Source: an uncultured delta proteobacterium (GTDB taxonomy: Bacteria > Desulfobacterota > Desulfomonilia > UBA1062). From it: 64,000 nt of DNA. Positions 44,852-54,628 of this stretch are shown one piece after another. The notes beneath the pieces were generated by a model that made no database searches, was not told the origin of the DNA, and saw only the letters and a list, made by a program, of their open reading frames with translations. Position 1 is the first letter of the stretch. The number at the start of each line of letters is the position of its first letter. The position numbers and the translations under genes are program-made. The DNA lies in assembly GCA_963785235.1 (NCBI GenBank), contig CAWAUM010000012.1, forward strand, positions 235,995-299,994, written 5' to 3'.

Positions 44852-45113
44852 CCTTGCCCCCTAAGATTTAAATACTAACTCTCTGATAATGAACATCTGA
44901 ACTAAATATTTCTAATATTATAATATAACTATCAAGCATAAATATATGGGTGCTTTCTGTGCTCATATTTTTTCTAACGGATATCCGTATGTGATTACGC
45001 TGAGATCAAAGAAGTGAATCCTCAAATCACCCTTCTCTCTCCAATCACTGTTCACTGATCCCTGATAGTGTGCTAAGAAAGAAGGTCTAAATTTTCGCTT
45101 CAGGAGCAAACGC

Positions 45114-45950
45114 ATGCAGAACCATGAATTCACCGGCGGAAAGGATTACGTTCTCGATCCGGAACTCTCAAAGATCGTGAACGCCAGCATCAAACTCGAG
45201 ATGCCTTTACTCATCAAGGGCGAGCCCGGCACGGGCAAGACGCTTCTGGCGCACGCCATTGCGCAGAACCTGTCAATACCGCTCATCATACTCAACGTCA
45301 AATCCAGCATGAAGGCCGTGGAGGCCCTGTACCAGTACGACACCCTGACACGGCTGAACGACAGCCGCTTCGCAGATTCCAAGCGTGACGTGAGCAACAT
45401 CGAACACTACATCAAGATGGGCAAGATCGGACAGGCCTTTGCCTCAGATGCCAAGGTCGTACTGCTCATCGATGAAATCGACAAGGCCGACACCGACTTC
45501 CAGGACGACCTCTTGGATGTGCTCGACCAGATGTCATTCGATATCATCGAGATCGATAAGACTATCCGGGCAAAGAACCGGCCCATCATCATCATAACAT
45601 CCAATGCCAAGAAAGACCTCTCGGACCCGTTCCTTGGCAGGTGCGTTTTCCATCACATCGCCTTCCCGGATGCCGAGATGATGGACGCCATCGTTCACGC
45701 CCACTTCCCGGACCTGGACAAGAAAATCTCACAGGCCTGCATCGAGGCATTTTACCGCTTGCGCACTATCCGGGGTATCGAGAAGAAGCCTGCCACGAGA
45801 GAGCTGATCAACTGGATCAGGATCCTGCTCATGGACAAAAATTTCGACCCCAAACATCTCTCCAAGAGCGACATCCCTTACCTGGGCGTGTTGTTCAAGA
45901 AGAGCGAAGACTTCAAGATCGTGCAGCGTCAGGTTACCGGCACATATTGA
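45114..45950 (+). CDS. MoxR-family AAA+ ATPase
   Basis: GEPGTGKT, YQYD, LLIDEIDKAD, ITSN, KKPATREL. Confidence 0.92.
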   Translation: MQNHEFTGGKDYVLDPELSKIVNASIKLEMPLLIKGEPGTGKTLLAHAIAQNLSIPLIILNVKSSMKAVEALYQYDTLTRLNDSRFADSKRDVSNIEHYIKMGKIGQAFASDAKVVLLIDEIDKADTDFQDDLLDVLDQMSFDIIEIDKTIRAKNRPIIIITSNAKKDLSDPFLGRCVFHHIAFPDAEMMDAIVHAHFPDLDKKISQACIEAFYRLRTIRGIEKKPATRELINWIRILLMDKNFDPKHLSKSDIPYLGVLFKKSEDFKIVQRQVTGTY

Positions 45951-45974
45951 TGAATAAGGGTTGAGGGCATAACG

Positions 45975-47165
45975 ATGTTCGCGGAGTTTTTTTTCCTGCT
46001 CAGGGACAAGGGTGTCCCCATCTCGCCTTCGAGCTTTTTACGGCTCCAGGAGGCATTGCACAAGGGGTGTATCTGCTCGCTGGATGATCTGTATTCGGTG
46101 AGCAGGGCTGTGCTCATCAAGACCGAGCGCCATTTCGACACCTATGACCGCGTGTTCGCGCATTTCTTCAAGGGCGCCGAGCTGAGCCCTGATGCCTGTG
46201 CCGAGATCGACCTGGCCATCAAGGCCCTGCTGGAGGAGTGGCTCAAAGACCCCAAGACCATGGCAGATTTCCTGGGTATCGACGAGGAGACCCTGAACAA
46301 GCTCACCCCTGAACAGCTTGAGGAATACTTCCGGCAGCGTCTTGCCGATCAGGACGAAAGGCATGACGGCGGCAACAGGTGGATCGGCACGGGGGGCACC
46401 TCACCCGTGGGGCATTCCGGCTATCACCCCGGCGGCATGCGCGTGGGCGGACAGTCGCGAAACAAATCGGCAGTGAAGGTGGCCCTTGAGAGGCGCTACA
46501 AGGACTACACCGATGATGCCATGCTGGGGCCTTCGCAGATCTCGGATGCCATGAAGCGGCTCCGTCACATGAAGCCGGCCGGCCCCAAGGACCATCTGAA
46601 CATCGATGAGACCATCTACCAGACCATGAAGAATGCAGGAGAGATCGAGATCGTATTCGACCGTTCCTTGAAGGACAAACTCAAGGTCATCCTCATGATC
46701 GATAACGGCGGGTTTTCCATGGACCCTTTCATCAATGTGGTTCAGGTGCTGTTCAACCATGCCAAGAGCCAGTTCAAGGACCTGCAGATCTTCTTCTTTC
46801 ACAACACTATCTACAACCGGGTGTGGAAGGACCCCCAGCGGTATGACAAGCCCTTCGGGGTTGAGGAGTTCACCAGGGCCGACCCCGAAACCAGGCTGAT
46901 CATCGTGGGAGATGCATCCATGGCGCCATACGAGCTGTTCAACCGCAACGGGAGCATCTACTACAACACCAAGACCGAGCCCAGCGTAAAAAATCTTGAA
47001 TTCCTTGCCAGGACATTCAAACATAGTGTATGGCTCAATCCCAAGTATGAGTATACCTGGTCGCATACGCATACCTGCGAGGCGATACAGGAGATATTCC
47101 CCATGTTCGAGATCACGTTGAAGGGTCTTGAGTTGGCAGTTGAGCGCATGATGCGAAAAAATTGA
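45975..47165 (+). CDS. VWA-containing CoxE-like partner of MoxR
   Basis: WIGTGGTSP, DNGGFSM, FFFHN, VGDASMAPYE, WLNP. Confidence 0.88.
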   Translation: MFAEFFFLLRDKGVPISPSSFLRLQEALHKGCICSLDDLYSVSRAVLIKTERHFDTYDRVFAHFFKGAELSPDACAEIDLAIKALLEEWLKDPKTMADFLGIDEETLNKLTPEQLEEYFRQRLADQDERHDGGNRWIGTGGTSPVGHSGYHPGGMRVGGQSRNKSAVKVALERRYKDYTDDAMLGPSQISDAMKRLRHMKPAGPKDHLNIDETIYQTMKNAGEIEIVFDRSLKDKLKVILMIDNGGFSMDPFINVVQVLFNHAKSQFKDLQIFFFHNTIYNRVWKDPQRYDKPFGVEEFTRADPETRLIIVGDASMAPYELFNRNGSIYYNTKTEPSVKNLEFLARTFKHSVWLNPKYEYTWSHTHTCEAIQEIFPMFEITLKGLELAVERMMRKN

Positions 47166-47172
47166 ACAATGC

Positions 47173-47249
47173 GCGCCCGTAGCTCAGTCGGATAGAGCGT
47201 AGGCCTCCGGAGCCTAAGGTCACAGGTTCGATTCCTGTCGGGCGCGCCA
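47173..47249 (+). tRNA. tRNA-Arg(CCG)
   Basis: GCGCCCGTAGCTCAGTCGGATAGAGC, anticodon arm TAGGC-CTCCGGA-GCCTA, GGTTCGATTCC, CCA. Confidence 0.97.
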
Positions 47250-47332
47250 CATATCCATATACCCCTCACTTGCTTTCGCATTTATCTTACATGCATAAAG
47301 CCGGGGGCTTGAGGATAAGAATTTGATGAAAC

Positions 47333-48406
47333 ATGAATAAGCCAAGAAAAACCGACAGGGCCTTACAGACACCGGAGTTGATCAATCTGCTGGATTGCGA
47401 CCGGCAGGAACTGGAGCAACTCTTCCCTGAGACGCCCTACCGGGGAGGCCAGATCTTCACCTGGCTGTTTGACAAAGGGGTGCGGGATATCTCATCAATG
47501 ACCAATCTCCCCAAGGAATATCGCCAAAAGATGTCGGAGTCTGCCGAAATTGCATACCCAAGGGTCGTGGGCTCCCAGGTATCACAAGACGGCACGGAAA
47601 AACTCGCCTATGAACTGAAAGACGGCTGCATCATCGAGAGCGTTCTCATCCCCGAGAAGGACCACTGGAGCGTGTGCGTCTCATCGCAGGTGGGCTGCGC
47701 CATGGGGTGCCGCTTCTGCTTCACCGCCACCATGGGGTTTACCAGGCACCTCACCACCGGCGAAATAGTCTCACAGCTCCTTTATCCCATCCATGCCTAC
47801 CCGGGTCGCCCCATAAGGAACGTGGTCTTCATGGGTATGGGCGAGCCCATGCTGAACTACGACACGGTGATCAAGGCCGTACGCATCATCACCGACCCTG
47901 ACGGGCCCGGGATATCCAAAAGGCGGCTCACAATATCCACGTGCGGTATCGTCCCTGCGCTGAAGGACCTGGCGCGCGACACGGTTACAAACCTTGCAGT
48001 CTCGCTTAATGCCCCTGATGACAAGACACGCTCGTTCATCATGCCCGTGAACAAGAAATACCCGCTGGCCGCACTGATCCAGGCATTGAAAGACTACGAG
48101 CTGCCGAACCGCAGGCGAATCACCGTTGAATATGTGCTCATCAAGGGCATCAACGACCACGTAGAGCACGCCAGGAGGCTTATCAAGCTGCTGCACGGCC
48201 TCAAGGCCAAGATAAACCTCATCCCCTTCAACCCCTGGCCCGGATGCGGTCTTGAAGCGCCGGAAACAAAGGACGTTCTGGCCTTTGAAGAGAGACTGAA
48301 AGACAGCCCATATGTCGTTATGCTCCGCAAGGAAAAGGGCAAAGACATCCTTGCTGCCTGCGGGCAGCTTGCCGGCAACAAGAACAGTGGCGCCAAAGAC
48401 CCTTGA
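47333..48406 (+). CDS. rlmN: 23S rRNA/tRNA methyltransferase RlmN
   Basis: CVSSQVGCAMGCRFC, MGMGEP, NLIPFN, AACGQL. Confidence 0.96.
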   Translation: MNKPRKTDRALQTPELINLLDCDRQELEQLFPETPYRGGQIFTWLFDKGVRDISSMTNLPKEYRQKMSESAEIAYPRVVGSQVSQDGTEKLAYELKDGCIIESVLIPEKDHWSVCVSSQVGCAMGCRFCFTATMGFTRHLTTGEIVSQLLYPIHAYPGRPIRNVVFMGMGEPMLNYDTVIKAVRIITDPDGPGISKRRLTISTCGIVPALKDLARDTVTNLAVSLNAPDDKTRSFIMPVNKKYPLAALIQALKDYELPNRRRITVEYVLIKGINDHVEHARRLIKLLHGLKAKINLIPFNPWPGCGLEAPETKDVLAFEERLKDSPYVVMLRKEKGKDILAACGQLAGNKNSGAKDP

Positions 48407-48414
48407 AGTAAGCC

Positions 48415-49287
48415 ATGAAGATTGACCTTCACGTCCACTCCAAAAATGGCTCTGATGGAAAATGGCCTCTGGAGCAGATCTTTGCCGAGGCCAAAAGGCG
48501 CCAAATCTCCCTGATCTCTATCACTGACCATGACTCGCTCCAAGGCCAGGGCGAGGCAAAGCTGCTCGCCACTACTCATGGGATAAAGTACCTCACCGGC
48601 GTGGAGTTGAACGTGACCCTTGCCCACCCTTATTACACAAGGGGTAAGGACTCATCCCTGGACTTCCTCGGGTATGCCTTTGACATCAATAACCTTGCCC
48701 TCTTGAGCAAGCTGCACGAGCTTCGTGCCTACCGGAAACACAGGGTTGAAAAGATCCTTGAGAACATCAATGAGGAATTCATCAAGGAAGGCCGTCCATT
48801 GCTAACCCAAGTAGACATGCATGCCATAGAGGCCGGGGTAGAAGGCTCGTTGGGCAGGCCGCATATCGCAAACCATCTTATTGCAAAGGGGATTGTGGCT
48901 ACAAAGCAGGAGGCCTTTGATCGGTATCTTACAAGGTGTGATGTGCCCAAAATGCCGCTCTCTCTGGAAGAGGCCTCTGCCCTGGTAAGGGCCGCCGGAG
49001 GCAGGCTGGTGCTTGCCCACCCCAATGATTCCAAGGGAACTTCTTTGGCTGTTATAACAAAGTCCCTTGAAGAGCAGAAAAAAATGATTCTGGAAATGAT
49101 GCTCCCTTATCTAGACGGAATCGAATGCTGGCATACCAGACATGACAAGCATGCAGCCGCCTTCTACCTGGCAATTGTGCGCTCCGAGGGTCTCATGGCA
49201 ACAGGCGGGTCCGACTGCCACCAGCAGCCCGTGCTCATGGGCAATGTTCAGGTCCCTGATTGTGTTGCAGATCAGTTTGGTATATAG
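48415..49287 (+). CDS. PHP-domain phosphoesterase (TrpH/YciV-like)
   Basis: DLHVHS, ITDHD, GRPHIA, LAHP, TGGSDCH. Confidence 0.9.
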   Translation: MKIDLHVHSKNGSDGKWPLEQIFAEAKRRQISLISITDHDSLQGQGEAKLLATTHGIKYLTGVELNVTLAHPYYTRGKDSSLDFLGYAFDINNLALLSKLHELRAYRKHRVEKILENINEEFIKEGRPLLTQVDMHAIEAGVEGSLGRPHIANHLIAKGIVATKQEAFDRYLTRCDVPKMPLSLEEASALVRAAGGRLVLAHPNDSKGTSLAVITKSLEEQKKMILEMMLPYLDGIECWHTRHDKHAAAFYLAIVRSEGLMATGGSDCHQQPVLMGNVQVPDCVADQFGI

Positions 49288-49326
49288 AAAATCACAAACA
49301 AGGAGACTCATTAAGGGGTGAAATCA

Positions 49327-50097
49327 ATGATGAAAAGAATGATCTTCTGTTTCATGATTCTCCTTCTCCTCGGCGGGTGTGCAGGCCAGTTCAAGGAGCA
49401 GCGCAATCTCTCCAGGCCCCTGGTGGCGCTCGGTATGAGCAAGATCCAGGAAAACGACATCCAGGGCGCTCTCAGCGAACTGCGCAAGGCCAAAAATGCA
49501 AACCCCGGTGACCCCGAGGTTTATTACGGTTTTGCCTTTGCCTACTGGAAGTCGGGAAAATTCGACCAGGCGCTCGAGAACGCCGACGAGGCCATTGCAC
49601 TGGCCGACAAGCTGGAAGTGGAACACCCGGGCCTCAAGGGCGAGGCATATAACCTCAAAGGGACCATCTTTTCAAGCCAGGGTAAATTTAACGATGCCCT
49701 GGCGAGCTACAAAAAGGCCCTGGCAGACGAGCTCTATCAGACACCGGAATATGCCCAGCACAACATTGCCACCCTCTATCTGGAAAAGAAAAACCTCCAG
49801 CTTGCCTTTGAAACCACCCAGAAGACCCTCGATCGCAATTCCCACTATGCCCCGGCATGGCATCTGCTCTCCAAGATATACGTGGCGCAGGGGAGGCCCG
49901 ACGATGCCATTGATGCGCTCAAGCATGCTGTCCTTGAGTATCCAGGTTACGCTGAGGCCCATTGGGATCTTGCCCAGCTCTACCTCCAGATGGGAGCGTC
50001 CGGAAAGGCCAAGGGAGAGCTCACCAAGGTGGTCGAGCTCGATCCGGGTGGATACTATGGGACTTTGGCTGTAGGAAAACTCAAGGAGATGGAATAA
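49327..50097 (+). CDS. TPR lipoprotein, PilF/PilW (Tgl)-like
   Basis: Lipobox LGGC, tandem TPRs, ALADELYQTPEYAQHN; follows rlmN. Confidence 0.75.
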   Translation: MMKRMIFCFMILLLLGGCAGQFKEQRNLSRPLVALGMSKIQENDIQGALSELRKAKNANPGDPEVYYGFAFAYWKSGKFDQALENADEAIALADKLEVEHPGLKGEAYNLKGTIFSSQGKFNDALASYKKALADELYQTPEYAQHNIATLYLEKKNLQLAFETTQKTLDRNSHYAPAWHLLSKIYVAQGRPDDAIDALKHAVLEYPGYAEAHWDLAQLYLQMGASGKAKGELTKVVELDPGGYYGTLAVGKLKEME

Positions 50098-50228
50098 AGG
50101 CTCGGTATAAATCTTTTACTATCTATCCCGACAAATTATTTTTAGGGTAAGGCTTATCCATTTGCCATCCATGCCGATAAGAATAGTACAACAAGAATCC
50201 CGCATCCGTGAGATTTACTCATAAGGCG

Positions 50229-50262
50229 CCAGGCAGCATTATCGCTGCCTGGTCCTGTTTTT
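50229..50262 (+). terminator. GC-rich hairpin followed by a T-rich run
   Basis: CCAGGCAGC-attatc-GCTGCCTGG-tcctgttttt. Confidence 0.5.
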
Positions 50263-50355
50263 ATAATCTCTATAGCCTGTTACTCAAGTGAATTTCTTTT
50301 TCCGTTATTGCCTTGAGGGATTATGACGTTATATATAAAGCAGGTGATGAGATAT

Positions 50356-50766
50356 ATGCATAAGGTATTCGCAATCTTCATATTCATTTTACTGCCTGTT
50401 TCCGTGCCCGCCATGAGCCCGCTTTCCGATGAGGATCTTTCAAACATCAGCGGGCGTGCAGGTGTGAGCATCATGCCGAATATTACCATGAGCATCCACA
50501 TTGATGTCCTGGCCTGGGGAGACTCTGACGGGCTTGGTTCAAACAACATCTGGGGGGTTCAAACGAGTGGCGGATATGTCGGGGTAACGAATCTCACAAT
50601 CACCAATTTGTATATCGGACCCCGCACCGGTTCCTATACCGGCATGTGGCCTATTACCATCGACGTCAGCAATGGTGTTGTACGCGCCGTTGATGAAACC
50701 TACACACGCCTCGATCTCGAATACCTTCAAAACCCGCTTATGCTGTCGAATTTGAAGTGGCGCTAG
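50356..50766 (+). CDS. Secreted DUF6160/FilA-like protein
   Basis: Signal peptide then AMSPLSDEDLSNISGRAGVSI and WGDSDG. Confidence 0.65.
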   Translation: MHKVFAIFIFILLPVSVPAMSPLSDEDLSNISGRAGVSIMPNITMSIHIDVLAWGDSDGLGSNNIWGVQTSGGYVGVTNLTITNLYIGPRTGSYTGMWPITIDVSNGVVRAVDETYTRLDLEYLQNPLMLSNLKWR

Positions 50767-50961
50767 GGGCGTTTCGAAGCAAGGTCAGACCATCCCTGAC
50801 AATTCCGAACAGCTCATTCCTGATCATAAGCCCAAAATGCCAGTGAATCCGGATGTTGGGTTCAAGAGGCGTAATAATTTCATGGTAACTATGAGTATTT
50901 TGCTTAAAACCACCTGAAGCACATAGAGTATTTATGGGTACATTCAATCACAGAATCCAAG

Positions 50962-52815
50962 TTAAATGCACCCCTCGAAAACCCTGATGGACAACTGTAT
51001 GGCCTGAAGCCCTGCCGGGGTCATACCTTCTATAAGTGAGGCCTGTCCGAGCGTTACAGGACGTATCTCGGCAAGTCTGCATTTAAGCTCGTTGGATAAT
51101 CCCTGAACATCTGCATAGTCGAGGCCTGAGGGAACCTTTATGCGCGCCAGTTCCTTGTGCCGGCCAATCTCCTTGAGCTGCCTGTCAATATAACCTTCAT
51201 ATTTGATCCCCACCTCGGTCTCTATCTCTGCAAGGGGTGATGTCGCGGGCAACACCTTATACCGCTTAAAGTCCTTTAAGGTTGCCTCAGGTCTCTTGAG
51301 CAGCCGCTCAAGGGTGATACGCTCCTGGTCGCTCCCCCGGGTTGGGGCAAACTCACTCATATCCTTGGGGAGGATGACCGTGGTCTTTTGCAGATAATCC
51401 CGTAACGAGGTAATCTCGGTTTCTATCTCATGAATCCGTTCAAAGCGCTCCTTGCCGATGAGTCCCAGCCTTAAGGCATCATGGCTGAGCCTGAAAACGG
51501 CATTGGTCTCCCTGAGCATGAGCCGGTACTCGGCCCGGGATGTAAACATGCGGTAAGGCTCTGACGTTCCCCTGGTAACCAGGTCGTCGATCATGACAGC
51601 AATGTAGGCCTGGGACCTCTCCAGAATAAAAGGCTCTTTGCCCATGATGGCCAAGGCGGCATTGATGCCTGCCATAATTCCCTGTCCTGCAGCCTCTTCA
51701 TAACCCGAGGTACCGTTGACCTGGCCTGCCAGATAGAGACCTTTCACCCTCTTGGTTTCCAGGGTTTGCAGGAGCTGGGTAGGCAATATATATTCATACT
51801 CAATGGCATATGCCGGCCTGACGATCTCCGCATTCTCAAGTCCTGGAACCGATCGCACTATCTCCCACTGGAGCTCTACGGGCAGGCTGTTTCCCAGGCC
51901 CGATGCATATACCTCCTTGGTATTGATGCCCTCGGGTTCAATGATGACCTGGTGCCCACCTCTCTCGCCGAACCGCATGACCTTGTCCTCCAGGGATGGG
52001 CAATACCGGGCAGGGGTCCCGGTTATGGCCCCGGAGTAAAGCGGGCTCAGAGAGATGTTTTTCCGGATGATTTCATGGGTTAAGGGGGTAGTCCTCGTGA
52101 GATAGCACGAAACCTGAGGAAGATGCGTTCCTGAAGATGCAAAACCAAAGGCCATGCAGCCCGCTTCCGGGTCCTGGCTTGTCAGGGCTGAGAAATCAAT
52201 GGTGTCCCGGTGGAGCCTGGGCGGTGTTCCGGTCTTGAGCCTACCCAGGGTAAACCCCAGAACCTTCAATGATTCAGCCAGCTCGTAGGCCCCCTCTTCG
52301 CCTGCCCTGCCCGCAGGGATATGCACATCGCCGATGTGGATGAGGCCGGAAAGAAACGTGCCTGCCGTTACTATGACCGCCTTGGCATGATACATTATGC
52401 CGGTACGATCCCTGATCCCGGTAATGCAGCCGTCCTTTGTCTCGATGGCATCGACACGAGTCTGGCGAATATGGACACCTGAGTCCTCCACCCTGGACTT
52501 CACTGCGGACTCATACATTTTCCGGTCATTCTGTGTCCTGGTGGCGCGCACGGCCGGGCCCTTCTTGGTGTTGAGCACGCGGTAGGAAATGGCTGTCTCA
52601 TCTGCCACCTCAGCCATGATGCCGCCCAGAGCATCGATCTCCTTTACCAGGTGGCTCTTGGCAAGCCCTCCGATAGATGGGCTGCAGGGCATCCGGCCCA
52701 CCACGTCCATGTTAAGTGTGAAGAGCGCGACATTCATTCCTAACCTGTGCGCAGCAAGGGCCGCCTCCACACCGGCATGACCGCCACCTACTACGATGAT
52801 GTCAAAGGATTCCAT
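50962..52815 (-). CDS. mnmG: tRNA uridine 5-carboxymethylaminomethyl modification enzyme MnmG (GidA)
   Basis: [45 protein letters not shown]. Confidence 0.97.
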   Translation of the reverse strand: MESFDIIVVGGGHAGVEAALAAHRLGMNVALFTLNMDVVGRMPCSPSIGGLAKSHLVKEIDALGGIMAEVADETAISYRVLNTKKGPAVRATRTQNDRKMYESAVKSRVEDSGVHIRQTRVDAIETKDGCITGIRDRTGIMYHAKAVIVTAGTFLSGLIHIGDVHIPAGRAGEEGAYELAESLKVLGFTLGRLKTGTPPRLHRDTIDFSALTSQDPEAGCMAFGFASSGTHLPQVSCYLTRTTPLTHEIIRKNISLSPLYSGAITGTPARYCPSLEDKVMRFGERGGHQVIIEPEGINTKEVYASGLGNSLPVELQWEIVRSVPGLENAEIVRPAYAIEYEYILPTQLLQTLETKRVKGLYLAGQVNGTSGYEEAAGQGIMAGINAALAIMGKEPFILERSQAYIAVMIDDLVTRGTSEPYRMFTSRAEYRLMLRETNAVFRLSHDALRLGLIGKERFERIHEIETEITSLRDYLQKTTVILPKDMSEFAPTRGSDQERITLERLLKRPEATLKDFKRYKVLPATSPLAEIETEVGIKYEGYIDRQLKEIGRHKELARIKVPSGLDYADVQGLSNELKCRLAEIRPVTLGQASLIEGMTPAGLQAIQLSIRVFEGCI

Positions 52816-52943
52816 CGTCAGAACCTCTAGGTCAAACAGCGTTTATTTTCAACATGAAAGGATAGCGGGGCAGAACCATGCGCCGACAACTCAACTTTTG
52901 TCCTTAAATCCGGATTTTGGGTTTGTGATGAGAAAAAACTTAA

Positions 52944-53028
52944 TCCGTTAAAATCCTCAATCTTGCAGCCTTGAAGGACCGAGATAATGAGCACTCCACA
53001 AAGGCTGCAAGATTGAGATTTTAACGGA
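52944..53028. repeat. Long inverted repeat (28-bp stem, one bulge), related to 5739-5789
   Basis: TCCGTTAAAATCcTCAATCTTGCAGCCTT ... AAGGCTGCAAGATTGAGATTTTAACGGA. Confidence 0.78.
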
Positions 53029-53103
53029 CCTATTTTAAAAAACAAATCCATGGTCACTATGCGTATTATGCCATTTCCCTTAAGTGCTCACTCATCAATC
53101 ACA

Positions 53104-53793
53104 CTACAACCGCCCATTCAGGGGGCAGGCATCGCAGCGGGGTTTTTTTGTCTTGCAGTAGTCCTTGCCGGTGTACACGATATGGGCATGTATATCCTTG
53201 TATACCGCAAGCTTCCGGGGCAGACCGGCCTCAAAGAGGGATTGAATTTCATCATACCCTGCATGCTCAGCAATAATGCCATGCCGCAAAAGGATACGCT
53301 TCGTGTAGGCGTCCACCACAAAGATGCATTTGTCCGCGGCATAACAGCAGATGCTGTCTGCAGTCTCCTTACCGATGCCGCTCACCCCAAGCAGCTCTGT
53401 TCTTAGCTTCTGCAGTTCCAGGGAAAAAAGGGCATCCAGGTCACCTGAATGTGAGGTCATGATCATGTGCACCAGGTTCTTCAGGCGTAAGGTCTTGATA
53501 TTGTAGTACCCCGAAGGCCTGATAAGAGAGGCCAGGTATGGCACTTGGGCATTATCAATGGCGGCAACGTCCATGAGGGATGCCGACTTGAGGTTGATAA
53601 TGGCCTTTTCCACATTGGTCCATGCAGTGTTCTGGGTAAGAACCGCACCGACCATTACCTCGAATGGCGTCTCCCCGGGCCACCATAGCGACGGACCATA
53701 GTGATCGTACAGGACCCGATACAGATGTGCAGGGTTAAGGACGGATTCAGGACTCACATTTGGTATCTTCTTGCCCTTTGTGCATAATGACAC
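53104..53793 (-). CDS. HhH-GPD endonuclease III-like DNA glycosylase
   Basis: GAVLTQNTAW, GIGKETADSI, FVVDAYT, C-terminal CKTKKPRCDACPL. Confidence 0.88.
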   Translation of the reverse strand: MSLCTKGKKIPNVSPESVLNPAHLYRVLYDHYGPSLWWPGETPFEVMVGAVLTQNTAWTNVEKAIINLKSASLMDVAAIDNAQVPYLASLIRPSGYYNIKTLRLKNLVHMIMTSHSGDLDALFSLELQKLRTELLGVSGIGKETADSICCYAADKCIFVVDAYTKRILLRHGIIAEHAGYDEIQSLFEAGLPRKLAVYKDIHAHIVYTGKDYCKTKKPRCDACPLNGRL

Positions 53794-54529
53794 CCTTCAT
53801 CCTGTCGCGGATGTCTCCGCGTATGTTGAAGAGCATGGCAGTCATCTCCAGCTCATATTCGAGCGCGGCCTTTGCATCGAGACGGCTTACCACATCCAGG
53901 CTCCTCTTGATGGCCTTGACCACCTCCGGCGATCTGTTCACAAGCTGCTGGGCACAGTTCAACACCTCTTCACGGAAGCGCTCAGGCTCCACTACCCGGT
54001 TCACAAGACCGATTGTCTGTGCCTCCCGCGCCCCCATGGGTTCGCCTCTCAGCGCCAGGTCTTTGGCCCTGGCGATGCCGATGCGGTAAACCAGCGGGGC
54101 GAGCAGAGGGTTGAAGCCGTACTTGATCTCGGGATGGGCAAAGATGGCGCTCTCGGAGGCAATGATGATGTCGCCCATGAGCGCAAGGTTGAAGCCGCCC
54201 CCAAAGGCGATACCGCTGACCGCTGTAATGAGGATTTTGTCCTGATCCAGCAGCATGGAGTAGACCTCAACAGCGAGCCGGAAATAATTCGCTGCCTCTT
54301 CGGTGGTGAAATGCGGTGCTTCTTTCAGGTCAATGCCTGCAGAGAAGCACTCTATACCGCCGGTTAAAACAATGAGCCTGATTTCAGAAGACTCGTTCAG
54401 GACCTGGGTGAAAACCTGACGGATCTCCTTCATCATCCCAGAGGACAGGGCATTCATCTCGCGTTTGCGGTCCAACTCGATGAAGGCTATTTGATCTCTC
54501 ATATCTGCCTTGATGAACTGGTATCCCAT
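53747..54529 (-). CDS. Enoyl-CoA hydratase/isomerase family protein
   Basis: FSAGIDL, AFGGG, PEIKYG, GLVNRVV. Confidence 0.9.
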   Translation of the reverse strand: MGYQFIKADMRDQIAFIELDRKREMNALSSGMMKEIRQVFTQVLNESSEIRLIVLTGGIECFSAGIDLKEAPHFTTEEAANYFRLAVEVYSMLLDQDKILITAVSGIAFGGGFNLALMGDIIIASESAIFAHPEIKYGFNPLLAPLVYRIGIARAKDLALRGEPMGAREAQTIGLVNRVVEPERFREEVLNCAQQLVNRSPEVVKAIKRSLDVVSRLDAKAALEYELEMTAMLFNIRGDIRDRMKGVIMHKGQEDTKCES

Positions 54530-54628
54530 GGGTATCTCCTTAAAAACGTGCTGTAAGTCATGTACCCTTGGTGAAAATTCATGTCAATAAAAGGAATGCC
54601 TGCTTGAAAATATTGCGTCTTTTCTGCT

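Noticed and set aside
50140-50262. c-di-GMP riboswitch upstream of the DUF6160-like gene
   Set aside because: I could not find the GGCAAA/GNRA/GCAAA core of the class I motif; only a hairpin is supported.
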